The position numbers and the translations under genes are program-made. Positions 47,573 through 48,643 of a DNA stretch of 48,643 bases are shown here, piece by piece. Position 1 is the stretch's first letter, and the number at the start of each line of letters is the position of its first letter. Source of the DNA: Actinomycetes bacterium. Its GTDB lineage: Bacteria > Actinomycetota > Actinomycetes > Actinomycetales > Demequinaceae. The stretch lies in assembly GCA_030428165.1 (NCBI GenBank), contig JAUIBG010000001.1:1-48643 (forward strand), written 5' to 3'. The notes under the pieces were generated by a model, which was given only the letters and a program-made list of their open reading frames with translations, had not been told where the DNA came from and did no database searches.

Positions 47573-48301
47573 CTAGGGGCGGCCCGCGACGTCGAGCGCC
47601 TGGGTCAGCGTGAAGTTGCCGTTGTACAGCGCCTTGCCGACGATCGCGCCCTCGACGCCGGTCTCGACCAGCGAGCGCAGCGCGGCGATGTCGTCGAGCG
47701 AGCTGATGCCGCCGGAGGCGACGACCGGGGCATCCGTGGACTCGCACACCGCCGTCAGCAGGTCGAGGTTGGGGCCGGTGAGCATCCCGTCCTTGCGCAC
47801 GTCGGTCACGACGTACCTGGCGCAGCCGGCGTCGTCGAGGCGCTTGAGCACCTCCCACAGGTCGCCGCCGTCCTCGGTCCAGCCGCGCGCCGCGAGCGTG
47901 TGGCCGCGCACGTCCAGGCCCACGGCGACCTGGTCGCCGAAGCGTGCGATCGCCGAGGCGGTCCACTCGGGGTTCTCGAGGGCAGCGGTGCCGATGTTGA
48001 CGCGCGCGCAGCCGGTGGCGAGCGCGGCCTCGAGCGAGGCGTCGTCGCGGATGCCGCCGCTCATCTCGACCTTGACGTCGACGCTGGCGACGACCTCGGC
48101 GAGCAGCTTCTCATTCGTGCCTCGCCCGAACGCCCGGTCGAGGTCGACGAGGTGGATCCACTCGGCGCCCTGCGCCACCCAGTCCTGGGCGGCGGCGAGC
48201 GGGTCGCCGTAGTCGGTCTCGCTCCCCGCCTCGCCCTGGGTGAGGCGGACGGCCTGGCCGTCGGCGACGTCGACGGCGGGAAGCAGCTCGAGACGGGACA
48301 C
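47573..48301 (-). CDS. priA: Phosphoribosyl isomerase A (bifunctional HisA/TrpF)
   Basis: [45 protein letters not shown]; AAGGAG RBS before GTG. Confidence 0.93.
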   Translation of the reverse strand: MSRLELLPAVDVADGQAVRLTQGEAGSETDYGDPLAAAQDWVAQGAEWIHLVDLDRAFGRGTNEKLLAEVVASVDVKVEMSGGIRDDASLEAALATGCARVNIGTAALENPEWTASAIARFGDQVAVGLDVRGHTLAARGWTEDGGDLWEVLKRLDDAGCARYVVTDVRKDGMLTGPNLDLLTAVCESTDAPVVASGGISSLDDIAALRSLVETGVEGAIVGKALYNGNFTLTQALDVAGRP

Positions 48302-48378
48302 GGTGACTCCTTGTGCTCGTGGCGGGACCGTGCCGTTCTCCTCCGGCGCCGTCCCGATGTGGTTCAGTTCAGGGTCGT

Positions 48379-48642
48379 TCAGGTCAGGGTAGTGATCCAG
48401 TTGCGCAGCAGGCCCAGGCCCGCCTCGCCCGACTTCTCGGGGTGGAACTGGGTGGCGCTCAGCGGGCCGTTCTCGACGGCCGCGACGAAGCGGTCCGAGC
48501 CCTCGGGCGTGCCGGCGGTCGACCACGTGACGGCCGGCGGGGTGAGCCTGCCGGTGTCCTCCGTGGTACCCAGCGGGAACTCGCGAGCGGCGTACGAGTG
48601 GACGAAGTAGAAGCGCTCGTCCTCGAGTCCGGCGAAGAGGGA
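48379..48642 (-). CDS. hisH: Imidazole glycerol phosphate synthase glutaminase subunit (3' part, runs off window)
   Basis: ERFYFVHSY ... [17 protein letters not shown]. Confidence 0.93.
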   Translation of the reverse strand, partial: SLFAGLEDERFYFVHSYAAREFPLGTTEDTGRLTPPAVTWSTAGTPEGSDRFVAAVENGPLSATQFHPEKSGEAGLGLLRNWITTLT

Positions 48643-48643
48643 G

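Overview
High-GC actinobacterial chromosome segment with Micrococcales-like gene order; genus not determinable here. The housekeeping backbone is hisH(partial)-priA-SseB-DUF1844-infC-rpmI-rplT-TrmH...pheS-pheT, plus metNIQ, a DEAD-box helicase, a P-type ATPase, MscS, a CPA1 antiporter and an LLM/F420 oxidoreductase. Accessory inserts of note: (1) a LexA-boxed Rv2578c-type radical SAM gene cut inside its CxxxCxxC motif by a 527-bp recombinase-free cassette carrying an antisense lipoprotein gene, bounded by a 9/10 direct repeat whose recombination would restore an intact 357-aa ORF; (2) between TrmH and pheS, a divergon of only the last two coproporphyrin-pathway heme enzymes (CpfC, ChdC) with a FecCD-type ABC importer and a FadR-type regulator, controlled by three perfect TCATC-T-GATGA palindromes, a candidate porphyrin-salvage system; (3) a tandemly duplicated, translationally coupled coiled-coil membrane protein + MarP-like lipoprotein protease module; (4) an AT-richer cluster of orphan membrane genes separated by related repeats; (5) two RBS-bearing small ORFs ahead of an APH-like kinase; (6) a solitary TIGR04141/DUF6119-like putative nuclease. 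No rRNA, tRNA, CRISPR array, transposase or integrase was recognised. All family calls are by motif recognition, not database search.
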